A stretch of DNA of 64,000 nt from NCBI RefSeq assembly GCF_000143415.4, contig NW_003314345.1, positions 204,574-268,573 on the forward strand. The letters run 5' to 3'. Positions 60,196 through 64,000 of the stretch are shown in pieces. The first letter of the stretch is position 1. Each line of letters begins with the position of its first letter. The notes under the pieces were generated by a model. It made no database searches and was not told the DNA's origin. It saw only the letters and a program-made list of their open reading frames with translations. A program made the translations under genes and the position numbers. Origin of the DNA: Selaginella moellendorffii (taxonomy: Eukaryota; Plantae; Lycopodiophyta).

Positions 60196-60770
60196 TGTAA
60201 GCTCCTAAATTTAGAATTCCTGGGAGGTCACCAACCCAATACTATTCAAACCCAATGACGCTTAATCCCAAATATCCCAAAACCCTTAACCGATTGGAAT
60301 AAGGGGTGCACTCTTGTTCATGGGCCATTTCCCTCTATATTTGAACCCCTATGGATTGTCTCTCGAGTCGTTCCCTTTGGTTGCTTACAATCCACCATGC
60401 TTCTTACAAATTCATGCCCTCATGAACGGAAATTAAGAGCCCCTCTTTCTTGATACCCTACCCCTCGGGTCGAGCCCAATAAGAGCAAACTAGACCTACC
60501 AAATGTCAATCAATATGTGGTGTGATTCCCCTAGCCAACCAACAAAGTTGGACTCAAGACCTCTTTGATACCAAATATAAGCTCTTGAATTTGAACTTCC
60601 CGGGAGGTCACCCAGCACAGTACTATTCAAACCCAAGGACGTTTAACCCCAACTATCCCAAAATCCTTAATCGATTGGAAAACAGGGTGCACTCTTATTC
60701 GTGGGCCCTTTCCCTCTATATTTGAACCCCTATAGATCATCTCTCGAGTCATTCCCTTTAATTGCTTACA
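60196..60770 (-). mobile_element. Complete Cassandra-type TRIM (575 bp): 5' LTR 60576-60770, PBS, 186-bp internal region, 3' LTR 60196-60389
   Basis: Two ~194-bp direct repeats, TGTAAG/CTTACA outer termini, PBS TGGTATCAAAG, flanks GTTTT/GTTTC (TSD with one mismatch), 5S rRNA-like segment in each LTR. Confidence 0.92.
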
Positions 60771-61009
60771 GTTTCATAATGTAATAAGTTTGGAGTTCGG
60801 CTCCAAATTCATGTGTGCTACATTTAGTATTAGAGAAATTGTCTTAGTGATTCCTATCCAATTTTTGTCAAAAATTCTAACTCAAGTTGCATATGCAGAG
60901 ACTTTTCTAGTAGATCCAAAGTGACCTATGTAGGATTAATTGGATTGCACCATCCGGTAAGAATATTGTATGCATGTTCAGTTACTGATAGAAGTATGCA
61001 TGCAACTAA

Positions 61010-64000
61010 TGAAATGGTGAAAAGGAATTGTGTTGATGACACTGAAACCTCTAGATAGACAAATCAAGAGGAGGAAACTCCTACTAGAGATGTTGCAAAA
61101 GAGGCAAAGGCTGAATTAGAGGATGAAAGGCCTAATGTTGTGGCACTACAATGTACATCTCAAAAAGTTGAGATCAAGATTTTGCGAAAGGAAGTTCGTA
61201 AATTGAAGAAGGTGAACAAGAAGAGGAAAAAGAAGCTAAAATATCTAAACTAGCTAAACCTAAGCAACCAAACTTCTTTTCAAGTTCTAAAGATGATGAA
61301 GTTTTACAACTGCCCCCGATTGCATGAATTTAAAAGTTCAAGCCTCTGAAACCACCCAATTTCATAGGCATGCAAGACTATAAGGTTTTGGAAGATTGGG
61401 TCTTCCAAAAGACATAGATGATTGTATAAAAGTTGTGTATGCGCAATCCTTTCTGATAGATCATGCCAAAACTTGGTGGTGCCAAGTGTTTGCTGAAAAA
61501 GGGCAGACTAGAAGTTGGACCAAGATGCAATCTCGTATCCGTAAGGAATACTTGTCAAATGATCTTGGTCTAAGACTTCGTGCAGAGCTACGGTAGTTAA
61601 GGCAATGAGGGGACCTTATGTATTACGTTAATGTGTTTGCTCAAAAGCACATCATGATTGCAAATATGAGTGACAAAGATGCTCAAAGTTATTTCTTGGA
61701 AGGGTTAAGTTCACTTTCTAGCAATGAGATTTTGAAGTTTAAACTAAAGATATACCTAAAGTGTAAAGAGGTAGCACAGCAAGTCGCCTTCAATCACTCG
61801 CTCATGAAACAATATCAACAATCGTATGCTGGTCCCTCATACAAGAATAAGAACTTCAAGAATAAATAAGATGATCGGAAACAAAGGGTGGAAGGAAGGT
61901 TTTGCCCTGGATACTCACAAGCAATAGTTAACAAAGGTGGTGGTGGTTAGCAACCACCAACAACTTCTTCTAGTCCTAGGCACTCTATTCCTTCTCCTGA
62001 TGGGTACAGTCAACATCAATCTATGAAACCTGCTCCTAGCAGAACAGGTAGTGTGGGTCATTGCTTCTATTGTGGAGAAACAAGATATAGGTCCTTGGAA
62101 TATCCCAACAAACATAAAATAAGGTATCATGTTAATATCATAAGGGAAAACGGTGGTGGTGAAACTGAAGGGGTTAATGCAAACTATAAGGAAGAGGAGG
62201 TGAGTTATTTTTGTTACTTTCCTTAAGTTTTTCTCGTAGTAAATGCAAACATTGATCCATTAATATATTTGATAAGCTTTGTCTGTGGACACCGAATCTG
62301 AGTGATAATTGACATAGGAGCTACACACAATATGATATCCAAAGACTTAGTTAAGTTGTTAGAATTGAATGTTAAGCAGATGTCACTTATACACTTCCAA
62401 TTTGCGAAAGGTGGGCAAGTAGCTAGAAAATTTGTGAGTGATGTTCCAATAAAAATATTCAAGTGGAAAAAAAGAGTGGACTTGGTAGTGTTGAAGATAC
62501 CAAATTTTCAGATAGTGTTTAGTATGGATTTCTTCAAAAAACTTATAAAAGGGATTTATGGTGCTGGACAAAATTGCATCATATTGAGGTCGGTAGGATG
62601 TCTTGTTATGTCCTTCCAGCTGCAAAAGCAAGATGCTAAGTTCTTGATTGCGATGTAAGCCACAAATTTTTTCTTTCCAATTTGCCAGCTTACCTCATCT
62701 ATCCGTCCAACACTGCCTTGGCTTTTGCTAAGTTCCCTCGCCAAGGTTCCCGCCTATGGTACCAGCTCTTACCTGGTCTTACTTGGTTTCAGCTACTCAC
62801 TACACGAGCAACGAAGTGTTAGCCATCCATCCACGAATTCCCAAATCTCTCCCAATCCCCCTCCCCGGGTTAGACTGGACTTAAGGTTCAGCTACACTCC
62901 CCACAAGCACAAGTAGCCAAGCATACCAAGTTTCCAGGTTCCTAACATTCCATGGTACCACAAGACTTGATCATGGGACCCTCTAAATCCCAAGTCTCGG
63001 GTGCAACACTTGCTTCGGGACGCCGAGGCGAAATATCGTGGCCTAACGGCCCGGTATGGGTACCTCTACCCCCCCACTTCCATCCCGAAGGGAAGGTCCA
63101 AGCCCCTAGGAAGGGCGAGGACCAATGAGCCGCACGGTACTCAAGTAGGGCACCACTCTACATGAGCCGGGAGCACCGCAGTCGGTTTCCCTTTTGGGAG
63201 TGGGAGCTGCTCTTGAACACTTCCTTGGATGGCCCCTCCAGCACCAACCAAGTCCATGCTCACTCCCACCCAAGGCCCCTCGGTCCTAGTCCCAACCTCA
63301 AGTCAGTTTGGAAGCCCTACTGGAGAGTTCCCTCAAAATTGGTTCCTAGACCTCACTATCCCTACTATACTTTTGGAACCCCCTACAGCCCCCCCTCCCC
63401 TGGGGGACGCACGCTTTGGGCTTTCACCCCTTGACCCGTATTAGTACTCAGACTTAGTCTCTGGCTCGATCTCGGATCCGACTTCGGATTCGGTCTTGGA
63501 CTCGATCTCGGACTCGATCTTGGACCCGATCTCGGACTCGACCTCGGACTTGACCTCGGACTCGGTCTCGGACCCGATTTCGGATCTCGGACTCCGTCTC
63601 GAACTCGGTTTCGAACTCGGTTTCGAACTCGGTTTCGAACTCGGTCTTAGAGTCGGTCTTGGACTCGATCTTAGACTTGGTCCCATCCGATGAACTCTTT
63701 ATCATTTTGGTCATGCTTTCGGGGCTTCTTTAGCCTACGACACCTCGGCGAGTTGGTTCCTTACATGCGAGAGCCGCTCAAAATGCAGCTAAGAAGGGAT
63801 GTTAGACATTTTGGGTTCAAGTGATGGAAGTTAAGGGTCTTAGTGACTCAGTACAAATTGGTGATAGGGTTAATCTTGTACCAAAGGAGATATTGGAGTT
63901 GTTGGTAAGGAATCAGGATATCTTTCCAAAGGATTTGCCACTAGCGCTACCTCCTAGCCATGAGGTTGATCATTGGATTGAGGTTGTTCTGGGTTCTAAA
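61010..64000 (+). mobile_element. Decayed Ty3/Gypsy gag-protease-start of RT, continuing beyond the window
   Basis: YAQSFLIDHAKTWW, YFLEGL, CFYCGE, IIDIGATHNMIS, LPPSHEVDHWIEVV. Confidence 0.85.
62654..63765 (-). mobile_element. Solo LTR-B (1112 bp) with TSD TGCGA
   Basis: TGTAAG...CTTACA termini; TGCGA at 62649-62653 and 63766-63770. Orientation taken from the PBS-linked copy at 49406. Confidence 0.95.

Overview
Eukaryotic plant nuclear DNA. The very compact genes with 46-114 nt introns, PLS-class PPR genes and dense Ty3/Gypsy nests suggest a lycophyte such as Selaginella; this is an inference, not checked. Gene island 1 (1-13.3 kb): tRNA-Asp, an intronless MpaB/DUF2236-type oxygenase, a 3-hydroxyisobutyrate-dehydrogenase-like gene, a class III peroxidase, an orphan protein with an integrase-type HHCC zinc module, a QUA2-like pectin methyltransferase and a PPR gene. 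13.4-19.7 kb is decayed LTR-retrotransposon DNA. 19.7-22.6 kb is a patchwork of pseudogene fragments (Crinkler-type nuclease-kinase, RAD5-like, PPR). Gene island 2 (22.7-25.8 kb) holds FolD and VPS38/UVRAG. The rest (~27-64 kb) is a nest of Ty3/Gypsy remnants built from three large LTR families (my labels: LTR-A, -B, -C), a ~150 bp mini-LTR family and a 5S-rRNA-carrying Cassandra-type TRIM (one complete 575 bp copy plus three partial ones). There are two assembly gaps. All family calls come from reading motifs by eye; no database searches were run.
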